DNA of 64,000 nucleotides, taken from the NCBI GenBank assembly GCA_964526835.1, contig CAZGMK010000003.1:83436-147435 (forward strand), written 5' to 3'. The DNA comes from an uncultured Ignavibacteriales bacterium. Its GTDB lineage: Bacteria > Zixibacteria > MSB-5A5 > GN15 > FEB-12. The stretch's first letter is position 1. Every line of letters starts with the position of its first letter. The notes beneath the pieces are model-generated. The model did not search any database. It saw only the letters and a list, made by a program, of their open reading frames with translations, and was not told the DNA's origin. Below, piece after piece: positions 54,755 to 63,057 of the stretch. The translations under genes and the position numbers were made by a program.

Positions 54755-55956
54755 GAAATGCCCACCGAACGATGGAGGAACCGATCTAGCTTGTTGACCA
54801 GGGCCGGCCATCCGTAGCGCTGCTCGACGAGACGTCGCCCGGCCTGTCCCATAGTCTTCGCCTTCTCCCGGTCGCTCAAGACAGCTCCGACGGCCTCGAC
54901 CCAATCTTCGGGCTCGTCGGCAATCAGAAGGTGTTCGTTGACCCGCAAGTCGAGCCCTTCCGCGCCGACGGTAGTGGAGATTACCGGCTTGCGCATCGCC
55001 AGGGCTTCAAGAATCTTCAGACGCGATCCTCCACCGACTCGCAAGGGCACTACGTAGATGGAAGCCTTGTTGATGTATGGTCGGACATCGTCGACCGTTC
55101 CGGTAACCGTTACGCCTTCGACCTTCTCGAGATCACGAACCGAGACGGACGGGTTCCTGCCGACGATAGTGAACGAGATTCCCGAATACTGCTCTCGCAG
55201 GAGGGGGAGAACTCGTCGAACGAAGAATATGGCCGCGTCCTGGTTCGGTCGCCAGTCCATAGAGCCGGTGAATACGAGCCCTGATGCATTCAACCCACCT
55301 GAGTCGTCGTCGGAGCGGAAGTAGTCCAGGTCTACGCCGTTGTCGATGACCTCGACCGGAAGCCGATGGTTATAGCCCCGAATGGTTTCCGCATCGGACT
55401 CCGAAACCGCCGTAGCCGCCTCGACGGCGCCGAAGACCTTGCGCTCGAATCGCTCCATTTTCACTGCCTGAGAGGCGAGGTAGGCTCGACGGAACCGGCT
55501 GCTCTGGGCGCTCGCGTAGCGAACCCATATCTGTGCTTCGATATTGTGCGATGCGACTATTCTTCGAATGTCAGTCCGGTCCAGCACATAGCGTGCATAC
55601 GGCGTCCATTCGCACAGGACCAGATCATAGTTCTCCTTCTGCAGCAACTCCTGTATGGCTCGCTTGAACTCGGGCCGAAAGTGGTTGTCAACGCTGTAGG
55701 GATAGGGCGAGAAGATATTCTTCGCCAAGCGGAAGTAGAAGCCGATTCCCGACTTGGCCGGTAGTTCGACTTCGACGGGGATCGGGTTCATCCTCTGCTC
55801 GGATAGCTCTGCGAACCCATCTGATTCACGGCGGCCGAAGGCCAGGTACGTCAGGTCGTGACGATGGGCCAGCCCGGCATGCAGGTGGTAGCTGCGAATG
55901 CGCTTGCCGGTGTTGAGCGGCCAGGGGTATTCTTCATCTATGACCAGAATCTTCAT
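54751..55956 (-). CDS. Glycosyltransferase, GT4 family
   Basis: MKILVIDEEYPWPLNTGKRIR.. and ..GGGSRLKILEALAMRKPVISTTVGAEG... ATGA overlap with the upstream gene. Confidence 0.85.
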   Translation of the reverse strand: MKILVIDEEYPWPLNTGKRIRSYHLHAGLAHRHDLTYLAFGRRESDGFAELSEQRMNPIPVEVELPAKSGIGFYFRLAKNIFSPYPYSVDNHFRPEFKRAIQELLQKENYDLVLCEWTPYARYVLDRTDIRRIVASHNIEAQIWVRYASAQSSRFRRAYLASQAVKMERFERKVFGAVEAATAVSESDAETIRGYNHRLPVEVIDNGVDLDYFRSDDDSGGLNASGLVFTGSMDWRPNQDAAIFFVRRVLPLLREQYSGISFTIVGRNPSVSVRDLEKVEGVTVTGTVDDVRPYINKASIYVVPLRVGGGSRLKILEALAMRKPVISTTVGAEGLDLRVNEHLLIADEPEDWVEAVGAVLSDREKAKTMGQAGRRLVEQRYGWPALVNKLDRFLHRSVGIS

Positions 55957-57308
55957 GGACCGGTCCGTTTCGGTGGTTCGATGTTGCAGATTGAGAACTG
56001 GTACTTTCCGCGCGGAGTACGCTTCAACGCCTCGACGTACTCGATATCATATTTCATCTGTGGCCCAAAGAAGCGTGGAACCGCTTCAGAGAGCATGCGC
56101 AGCGAATGATCGCCGAACTGCTCGGTGCGGACAATTCGGAACAGCAGATGGTCCAGCCGATCCTGAATTACCTGAACCTGCCAGATGCCAGGGATCTCGA
56201 TCGCCAGATTAACCATGATTGACACTCCCGACAACATCCGTCCCTCGGGCGTATAGAGAAAGTCAGTGTGTCGTCCGAAGATCTTCTTGAGGCGAGGCAG
56301 GGTGCGGCCGCACGAACAGGTGCCGGTCATGGGCAGGGCCATATCCTCGGTCTTGTAGCGGATCAGCGGCATGGCCTCGTTGACGAGATCGGTGATGATC
56401 AGATCACCCGGCTCGCTGCCGTCGTCGCCCTCGAGCTCGATGTACAAGCCTTCGGCGTGGACGTGCATTCCCTCACGGGCCGGGCATTCAGAGGCGATGA
56501 CGCTCAGCTCCTCACAACCGTAGCGATCGAAGACCGGCGCGCCGAAAGCCCTTTCGATCAACTCCCTCTCCGGATCGGTGAGAACTTCGGCGGTGGACAG
56601 GATACTCTCGGTCGGCAGATCACCAATGCTGCGTTCATCCAGAAACTGCGCCAATATGTAGAGCGAGTGGGCGTGGCCAAACAGGAAGCGCGCCCCATAC
56701 CTTCGCAGTTGATCCAGGAAGGCCAGCGTCTTGTCTTCATCCATCACGAGGGTATCCAGCGCGATACGCCTCAGTGTCAGGAAATTGTAGACTCTGTAGC
56801 GCCATGTGTCTTCTCCCTCTTCGGCGCCCCAAAGCATGGCCAGTTTCTCGCCGGGGCGGTAACCTGTCCAGGTATCGTGGCGCATGGTGGCGGCTTTCTT
56901 GTGGGCGGCGCCGTTGCGACTCCAGAATAGCTTGAGCGGCACCCCAGTGGAGCCGCCGGTCTTCTTGGGGATCAGGTCTGCCCGGGCAAACCGGTTCGAG
57001 AGCAGCCGATCAGCCTGTTGCCGCACATCTTGTTTGGTCAACATCGGAATCCGGCGAAAGTCGGAATGGTCCCGAATGTCCCCCGGATGAATACCCTCGC
57101 CGTCGAACAACTCTCGATAGTATGGGACGTGTTCATACGCCGCCGCCAAAAGGCGCTTGAGTCGGCGCCATTGCAGATCCTGAATCTGGTCGGACGACCA
57201 GTACTGTGACTCCTCCAATTCTCTCAGGCGTGGCAGGATGTCGAAGCCCTCGCGCCGATACGATAGGGGCAGGAATACGTTCTGAGCCAGCGGCTTGATC
57301 AGGTCCAT
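55953..57308 (-). CDS. Adenylate-forming enzyme, phenylacetate-CoA ligase / CapK / F390-synthetase-like
   Basis: 451 aa. KKTGGSTGVPLK (P-loop-like AMP-binding motif). Typical capsule-locus CapK-type length and layout. Confidence 0.75.
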   Translation of the reverse strand: MDLIKPLAQNVFLPLSYRREGFDILPRLRELEESQYWSSDQIQDLQWRRLKRLLAAAYEHVPYYRELFDGEGIHPGDIRDHSDFRRIPMLTKQDVRQQADRLLSNRFARADLIPKKTGGSTGVPLKLFWSRNGAAHKKAATMRHDTWTGYRPGEKLAMLWGAEEGEDTWRYRVYNFLTLRRIALDTLVMDEDKTLAFLDQLRRYGARFLFGHAHSLYILAQFLDERSIGDLPTESILSTAEVLTDPERELIERAFGAPVFDRYGCEELSVIASECPAREGMHVHAEGLYIELEGDDGSEPGDLIITDLVNEAMPLIRYKTEDMALPMTGTCSCGRTLPRLKKIFGRHTDFLYTPEGRMLSGVSIMVNLAIEIPGIWQVQVIQDRLDHLLFRIVRTEQFGDHSLRMLSEAVPRFFGPQMKYDIEYVEALKRTPRGKYQFSICNIEPPKRTGP

Positions 57309-57311
57309 AGT

Positions 57312-59360
57312 CTACTTCCGGTTCTTCTGCTCGGCTATACTCTCGTCTGATATTGGTTCCGCCCGTCCAACCTGAGCACTGTCCCTGAATCGTAGTATCG
57401 TCACCTTTGGAGTACTGTAAACGGTGGTGAACACGTCCGGGTCGGGTTCCAGAAGGGCGCGGGCAAGATCGAGTTCGATTCTCTCCCGCGGTCCCAAGTA
57501 GATGTAGTCGACACCCATCGAATCCCTGAGCATCTTCAAGACAGGCGCCGAATCGGTCTGCAGGATTCTCCGGACCAATTGAGTCCGATCCATGGCGGCC
57601 TGTTCTCCCACTCCCCACAGAGCCGAGAGCATGTAGGTGCTGACGCCGACCCGACGTTCCGCTGAAGCCGGTACCGGATCGACCTCGTACAGGTATTCGC
57701 CCTGCCAGGCAGGCAGGCCCTGAACCACCGCCTCCGGCTCAGTGTTTCCCTTCAGCCATCGCAGGGCCTTCATGTCGTCGGCCGACACCGTGTTCATCAG
57801 TCCCCGCGCCCCGCAGAATCCGCCGAAAGCCTGAATATCCAGCGCCAGGGTGGGCAACGACAGGATGACCAGAACAATAACCGCTCTGACCATCCACTTC
57901 CCGGCAGTTCTCAGGTAGTTGATTGCCGCCGCCGCCCCCACCAGCAGCACGATTTGAAGAGGTTTGCCCGATTTCCGCAGCAGGACGTCGTATTCTATGG
58001 CATGTCGTACCAGCAGCCCAATCGCCAGGGCGATTACCGCCATCAGAAACAACCGCCGCTGCCACGATTGGGCGGTTTGGCAACGCCCGCTGTAGAGGTA
58101 CCACCATCCGACCAGGCCGAGCAGAAAGAGTGGGCCGTAGTCGAGCGCCAGGTAGAACGGCAGCGTGACGATGACGCCGATCAACGGTTCGATGCTGAGC
58201 ATCCCGGTCTGCCCGCCGATCATGTTGAACCCGATCGTATAGGAGAGCGCAACTACGCCCATAACCGCGATCCCGGCTGCGTAGGCGATCAGGCGGGTTC
58301 TGCGATACGAAGCGCGCGCTGCGTCAATCAGCCAGTCAAGCCCAATCCACAGGGCCAGAACCAGTCCGACGAACGAGTCGCAGCCTATGGCAACGGTTAT
58401 CATCAGGCCCACCAGCACACCTCGCAACGCCGCGGGCATCGTACCCTCTTTGCGCAGGTGCAGGAACACCGCGGACACTGTGAACAGCATTGCCGCGACA
58501 GCATGCGGCTCAACCCAGAAGTCGCGTACGAAGCTGTGCGACAGCCCGGAAAACCCCTCTATCTTCTCCCAGATATCGGCCAGCATGGGAGACCAACCGG
58601 GAATACCGATCCAGGCGCCTGTCTCTCTTCCGATCACGAACAGGTCCATGTAGCTGTAACCGACCAGCAGCAGAGCCAGCGCCCAGCCCGCCACTGTCCT
58701 GGTGAATCCGAAGGCTCTGAGAAGGAGGTTGAGCGAGAGGAAGAAGAAGACAATATTCACCGCATCGATGGTCAACAGAAGTAACCGCAGCTCGGTGGCG
58801 AAACCGACCAGGCGGTGGAAGGCTGCCGGCAGGACGTGGAAGAACCAGTAGTAGTGCGCCGACTCTCCAGAATAGTAGATATTGGTGGGGGGAAGCTGAC
58901 GGGCCAGCTCGGCCGTTACCGCCAAATGATTAAAGTAATCATTCACGAATAGCGTCGTGAAGATATGTACATCGCCATCCAGACGTCCGACGCGCAGAAC
59001 GACAAGCAGGGTCAGGACAACAGCTCCTGCCGCCAGCCCGAGCGGCCATCTGTTTGTGCTCCAGAAGCTGTCATCGGACGTCGGTTGGCTCGCCGGCGTC
59101 GCGGTTCGCACGGAGTAAGCCAGAAAAGCGGTCAGGATGATCGAGAGCAGAGGAAGCAGGATCACTGGCGACTGCTGCCAGAGGATCAAGATACCTGTCA
59201 GGGTAGCCCAGGCATACCCGAAACCGTAGCCGAGCACCACAGCTTCTGTTGTACTGTTCAGCCAGGCGTGCTTTCGGAACAGCGCTGCAATCGCCCATCC
59301 CGGCGATACTGACAAGAGATGAAACAGGCCGAATCCGATGCAGGACAGCAGATCAATCAC
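57312..59360 (-). CDS. Large polytopic membrane protein with C-terminal soluble domain (GT-C / DUF2298-like; function unknown)
   Basis: 682 aa. At least 12 hydrophobic segments, then a ~170-aa hydrophilic tail (..VDYIYLGPRERIEL..). The GTG start overlaps the upstream stop (GTGA). Confidence 0.55.
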   Translation of the reverse strand: MIDLLSCIGFGLFHLLSVSPGWAIAALFRKHAWLNSTTEAVVLGYGFGYAWATLTGILILWQQSPVILLPLLSIILTAFLAYSVRTATPASQPTSDDSFWSTNRWPLGLAAGAVVLTLLVVLRVGRLDGDVHIFTTLFVNDYFNHLAVTAELARQLPPTNIYYSGESAHYYWFFHVLPAAFHRLVGFATELRLLLLTIDAVNIVFFFLSLNLLLRAFGFTRTVAGWALALLLVGYSYMDLFVIGRETGAWIGIPGWSPMLADIWEKIEGFSGLSHSFVRDFWVEPHAVAAMLFTVSAVFLHLRKEGTMPAALRGVLVGLMITVAIGCDSFVGLVLALWIGLDWLIDAARASYRRTRLIAYAAGIAVMGVVALSYTIGFNMIGGQTGMLSIEPLIGVIVTLPFYLALDYGPLFLLGLVGWWYLYSGRCQTAQSWQRRLFLMAVIALAIGLLVRHAIEYDVLLRKSGKPLQIVLLVGAAAAINYLRTAGKWMVRAVIVLVILSLPTLALDIQAFGGFCGARGLMNTVSADDMKALRWLKGNTEPEAVVQGLPAWQGEYLYEVDPVPASAERRVGVSTYMLSALWGVGEQAAMDRTQLVRRILQTDSAPVLKMLRDSMGVDYIYLGPRERIELDLARALLEPDPDVFTTVYSTPKVTILRFRDSAQVGRAEPISDESIAEQKNRK

Positions 59361-60814
59361 GACGCCCCTCCGTGACCGGGCGAAACCAAGGGGTCGGCAG
59401 CCCTCGTCTCCTTTTCAGTAGGGCTTTCTTCTTTTGCCTGCCGGTCTATCTGCTGTGCCACGAAGCGCCATATCACCGTGACCAGCGCGCCAAAGAAGAA
59501 CCAGTTGTATCGATACAGGTTGTGGCCGGCCAGGCCCAGTATAAACAGCAGTCCGTACCCGACCAGGATGCCTTCGATCACGCCATACATCATGCGATTG
59601 TCGGGAGTCTCGCGGTTTCCGGCCAGGCAGCGGCGCGCTCGCCGCAGGGTCGTGAACACGGCCCAGAGGAAGAAGCCGAAGGCGGTTACGCCGATCACAC
59701 CGGACTCGGCCAGAAGCTCCCCGAGCATATTGTGCGACGACATGTAGATGCCGAATTCCATTCCGCGAGCGATGGCATAACAGCCTGCTCCGACACCGGT
59801 GATCGGGGACTGCATCCACAGCTTGAACCCGTGTTCGAGTCCTTCCAATCGTCCCCTGGCTGACTCCGCGGCGCTGGTGTCAGATGACAGATCGGTGGTG
59901 GAGGCAAAACGCTCCTTGTATTGGTCCGGCATCACCACTATCGCCATGGCCAACAGCAGTACCGCTGCCATGGCGTAAACGGCTTTGCGCTTCGAGCGCA
60001 TGATGATGACACCCACCAGGAACACCACTCCGACCATGGCGGTGCGTGATCCGGTCAGGACGATATTCCAGCAGCCCAACCCACCGATACCGATCAGGAT
60101 CAAGGCCTGCAACTTGCCGGCGTATTCACGCATGAAATAGAACAACACCGGCAGGGTGTACGTGATGGTGGCCGCATGCGAGTTGGGGTCGGCGTAGCTG
60201 AGACCCAGGCCGATGGCGCGGGCGATGCCCATGCGTACCTGGACTATGCCCGCATAGTAATTCAACACCGACATCAATATATGTACTCCCACGGCCGCGA
60301 AGTAGAGCCAGACCACCGCCCGTAGCTTCCGCGGGTTGTCGACAATATTTACGATAAGGATGTAAACGACGAACAGGCGGAGGACATCGATCAGGGTATC
60401 CTTGACTTCAGTCAGGTAGTAGGCGTTAAAGGCGCTTAAGCCGTAGGCAACCATCAGGCCGAGAATCGCGAAGCCGATCCGGCCCAGATAGAAGTAGCTC
60501 TGCTGGCGAAACAGCATCGTGATCGCCAGACTGCCTATGGCCATGAAACCGATGATGCGTTCTGTAAATTCCGGAAGATACTGAAAGTAGGGGGCCCACT
60601 CCTGCGGCCAGGCCAGAAAGAAGATCAGGTATATCAACAGAGCCGTAATCGGGCTGTAGATCATGAACGCAACCGCAATCAGCGCCATCACCGCTGCTAT
60701 CGGATAGATGTGCGGCGGTATCAGGAGGGCCAGCCCGCCGGCGACGCAGAGGAACAACAGCGCCAGATACAGGAGCGTCTTCTGGGTTACGTATGGTCGA
60801 CCGATACTGCTCAT
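59357..60814 (-). CDS. O-antigen polymerase/ligase-family (Wzy-like) membrane protein
   Basis: About 10-12 TM segments. LTGSRTAMVGVVFLVG is the Wzy_C-type motif, followed by a large loop. Confidence 0.7.
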   Translation of the reverse strand: MSSIGRPYVTQKTLLYLALLFLCVAGGLALLIPPHIYPIAAVMALIAVAFMIYSPITALLIYLIFFLAWPQEWAPYFQYLPEFTERIIGFMAIGSLAITMLFRQQSYFYLGRIGFAILGLMVAYGLSAFNAYYLTEVKDTLIDVLRLFVVYILIVNIVDNPRKLRAVVWLYFAAVGVHILMSVLNYYAGIVQVRMGIARAIGLGLSYADPNSHAATITYTLPVLFYFMREYAGKLQALILIGIGGLGCWNIVLTGSRTAMVGVVFLVGVIIMRSKRKAVYAMAAVLLLAMAIVVMPDQYKERFASTTDLSSDTSAAESARGRLEGLEHGFKLWMQSPITGVGAGCYAIARGMEFGIYMSSHNMLGELLAESGVIGVTAFGFFLWAVFTTLRRARRCLAGNRETPDNRMMYGVIEGILVGYGLLFILGLAGHNLYRYNWFFFGALVTVIWRFVAQQIDRQAKEESPTEKETRAADPLVSPGHGGAS

Positions 60815-60830
60815 ATTTCCCTTACCGGCG

Positions 60831-62393
60831 CTACTCCAACGGCGGTTCCTGTCCCGGCGGCGGCTCGATGCGGCCTTCCGAATTGCCGAATCGTTGCAGC
60901 AGTTTCTTCCAAATGCGCCCGCGGTCCTCCGGTTCCAGGATGATGGCCGCGAACCCGATGATCATGGCGATTCCGGTAACGGCACAGCCTACGATCAGGC
61001 GCGGCCAATCCTCGGGCGGCAGCAGTATCCGCAAGGCCAGGGCTACGGGCACCGTGATGACCGCCGCTAATGTTGCTGACCGAAGCGCCGTAAGATAGAA
61101 TCTTGCCACGGAGGCATCCATGGCCCTATGGAATACATACGGGTAGATCATCAGGTATATTAACAACTGCGGCGCCGCTGTGCCCAGCGCTACCCCGACA
61201 ATACCATAACGCTGTACCAACAGCAAAGATAATCCGATATTTGCGAGTCCCTCGGCCGCCAGGATGTATAGAAGTATCTTGTGGCGGCTGACCCCGAAGA
61301 GAACGGAATTGGCGATCATCTGAGGCAGATAGACACAGGCCGGAACAACGAGAATGTGCAGGATCAAAACCGATTCAGTGAAACCCTCACCCACCCACAA
61401 CATGATAAACGGTCCGCCGAAGACGAGGAGACACACACAAATAAAACCGCACAAATAATAGAGATACCGGGATGATTTTAAGTAGATATTCATCACCTCG
61501 GACTCATCCTTGAGGGCCTCAATGTGACTGATAGTCGGAACGATCGGGATCGCGATGGCATTGATCGAATTGCGTAGCTGGGTTACGATAGCCGCCGGTA
61601 CTGCGAAGACGGCGATTGCCTCCATCGACAGAAACCGCCCGATGACAATGTTGTCGGTCTGGAAAATCACAATCCAGGCGGCCACAATCAACAGAGAGGT
61701 CACGCCGTAGCCCAGAAGTTGACGAGTCTTCTCACCATCTATGGCATCGAGACTGAAATGGACCCTCGGAAACATACGCCGTCGGATGCTGTACCGTCCC
61801 AGATGCGACAAGATCGTCAGGGTCAGCACGGTCAGCGACATCGCGACCAGGCCATAGCCCAACTCCAGCATGACCACTATCGCCAGTGTTTGCAGGAGCA
61901 ACTGCCCGATCTCGAACATGTTCACGATATCCGCCCGGTGGAAAGGCAACAGAGCCGCAAAGGGGATAAACACATAGGTAACGGCCTGGTTCAGGCCGAT
62001 CACAATCAGCGTGATGCGGGCGATTCGCAGGTGTTCCGAGTCGATCTGAAAGTAGTGCAGCAGCCCGAAAGCGATGCCCGCCGAGACGGCGACAATGGTC
62101 AGTGATATGATAAGATATATCCGGGCGGCCGAGCTGACCACCTGGTTGAGTTGGGTCCAGTCCTCAAGGGCGAAATACCTGGAGACGAAGCGCGATACCG
62201 CCTGATTCATGCCCACATCGGCAAGACGCATGTAGGCCACCAGCGAAAATACCAGTGACCAGATACCATACTGGTCCTTGCCAAGTTCACCAATCAGGTA
62301 GGGTGTGAAGAAGAAGGTGACCACAATTGTAACCACCATCCCCATCCATGAGGTGAAGACATTGCGTATGAGTTGGGTCAGGACGGCTGTCAT
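60831..62393 (-). CDS. Polysaccharide flippase (Wzx/MOP superfamily)
   Basis: 520 aa with about 14 TM segments. First gene of the operon, N-terminus ..FTSWMGMVVTIVVTFFFTPYLIGELGKDQYGIW... Confidence 0.8.
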   Translation of the reverse strand: MTAVLTQLIRNVFTSWMGMVVTIVVTFFFTPYLIGELGKDQYGIWSLVFSLVAYMRLADVGMNQAVSRFVSRYFALEDWTQLNQVVSSAARIYLIISLTIVAVSAGIAFGLLHYFQIDSEHLRIARITLIVIGLNQAVTYVFIPFAALLPFHRADIVNMFEIGQLLLQTLAIVVMLELGYGLVAMSLTVLTLTILSHLGRYSIRRRMFPRVHFSLDAIDGEKTRQLLGYGVTSLLIVAAWIVIFQTDNIVIGRFLSMEAIAVFAVPAAIVTQLRNSINAIAIPIVPTISHIEALKDESEVMNIYLKSSRYLYYLCGFICVCLLVFGGPFIMLWVGEGFTESVLILHILVVPACVYLPQMIANSVLFGVSRHKILLYILAAEGLANIGLSLLLVQRYGIVGVALGTAAPQLLIYLMIYPYVFHRAMDASVARFYLTALRSATLAAVITVPVALALRILLPPEDWPRLIVGCAVTGIAMIIGFAAIILEPEDRGRIWKKLLQRFGNSEGRIEPPPGQEPPLE

Positions 62394-62853
62394 ATATCAG
62401 GCTAAGTCTTTCCAGTTGTTACCCTTATCGGAAGACTTCGGGTTTCGAATACCTCTTAAACAGCATACATGATCATCAGTGCCAGTGTCAGGTTGAATTT
62501 CGGACAAAAGGGGGAAATAACCGGCTGATCAGGCTCAGGGGCCAGCGTGATGGCTGATCCTGAATCAGGCAGAAGCAGCGGCAAGCCGGATAGATGAGCT
62601 GCTTCCCAGGCATGATTGGGACCAGCTTCGAAGCCTTAATGGGTCAGGCGAGGACCAGGGCTTCTGGCGCTGCCAATGGCGTCTCTTGAAGTAGTTGTCC
62701 CCGGCCGGTCTTGACCAGCTCCCCTGGCAACGCTCGGGCGACGCAAGATTGCTCACTGTGCGTCACCACGGCCTTTCTCGCGCAGCCGTGGGGCTTGTCT
62801 CGGCAGCTTCAATGAGGCGACCGAGGTTCAACATTCAGTCGAATGTAATGGGC

Positions 62854-63057
62854 CTACGGACACTCCGCCGGTGCGGGGCCGCCCGAGAACATGTAGCTGA
62901 CCAGATACACCAGATCGGAAACGTCGGGACCGGTCCAGTCGCCGTTCATATCTGACTCGCCCGCACACGGGGGGAGTGGCCCGCCGGCAAACATGTAGCT
63001 GACCATATACACCAGATCCGATATGTCCGGGCCGACACCGTCGTGATTCGCATCTCC
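62854..63057 (-). repeat. Twin dockerin-like repeat module (second occurrence)
   Basis: GDANHDGVGPDISDLVYMVSYMFAGGPLPPC ... DMNGDWTGPDVSDLVYLVSYMFSGGPAPAEC. DNA cores at 62889-62918 and 62990-63019 match those at 8321-8350 and 8420-8449. Confidence 0.65.

Noticed and set aside
62436-62452. tRNA T-loop-like GGTTTCGAATACC.
   Set aside because: No flanking acceptor, D or anticodon stems can be drawn, and the T-loop has an extra U. No tRNA or rRNA gene is supported anywhere in the window.
62725-62740. Sigma-54-like TGGCAA-N5-GGGC on the plus strand.
   Set aside because: It points into the 3' end of a minus-strand gene with no plus-strand gene to drive, and the -12 element is poor. A second GG-N10-GC match (AGGCAG..CAGCA on the minus strand near 52440-52460, upstream of the 1372-aa gene) deviates in both elements and was also not called.
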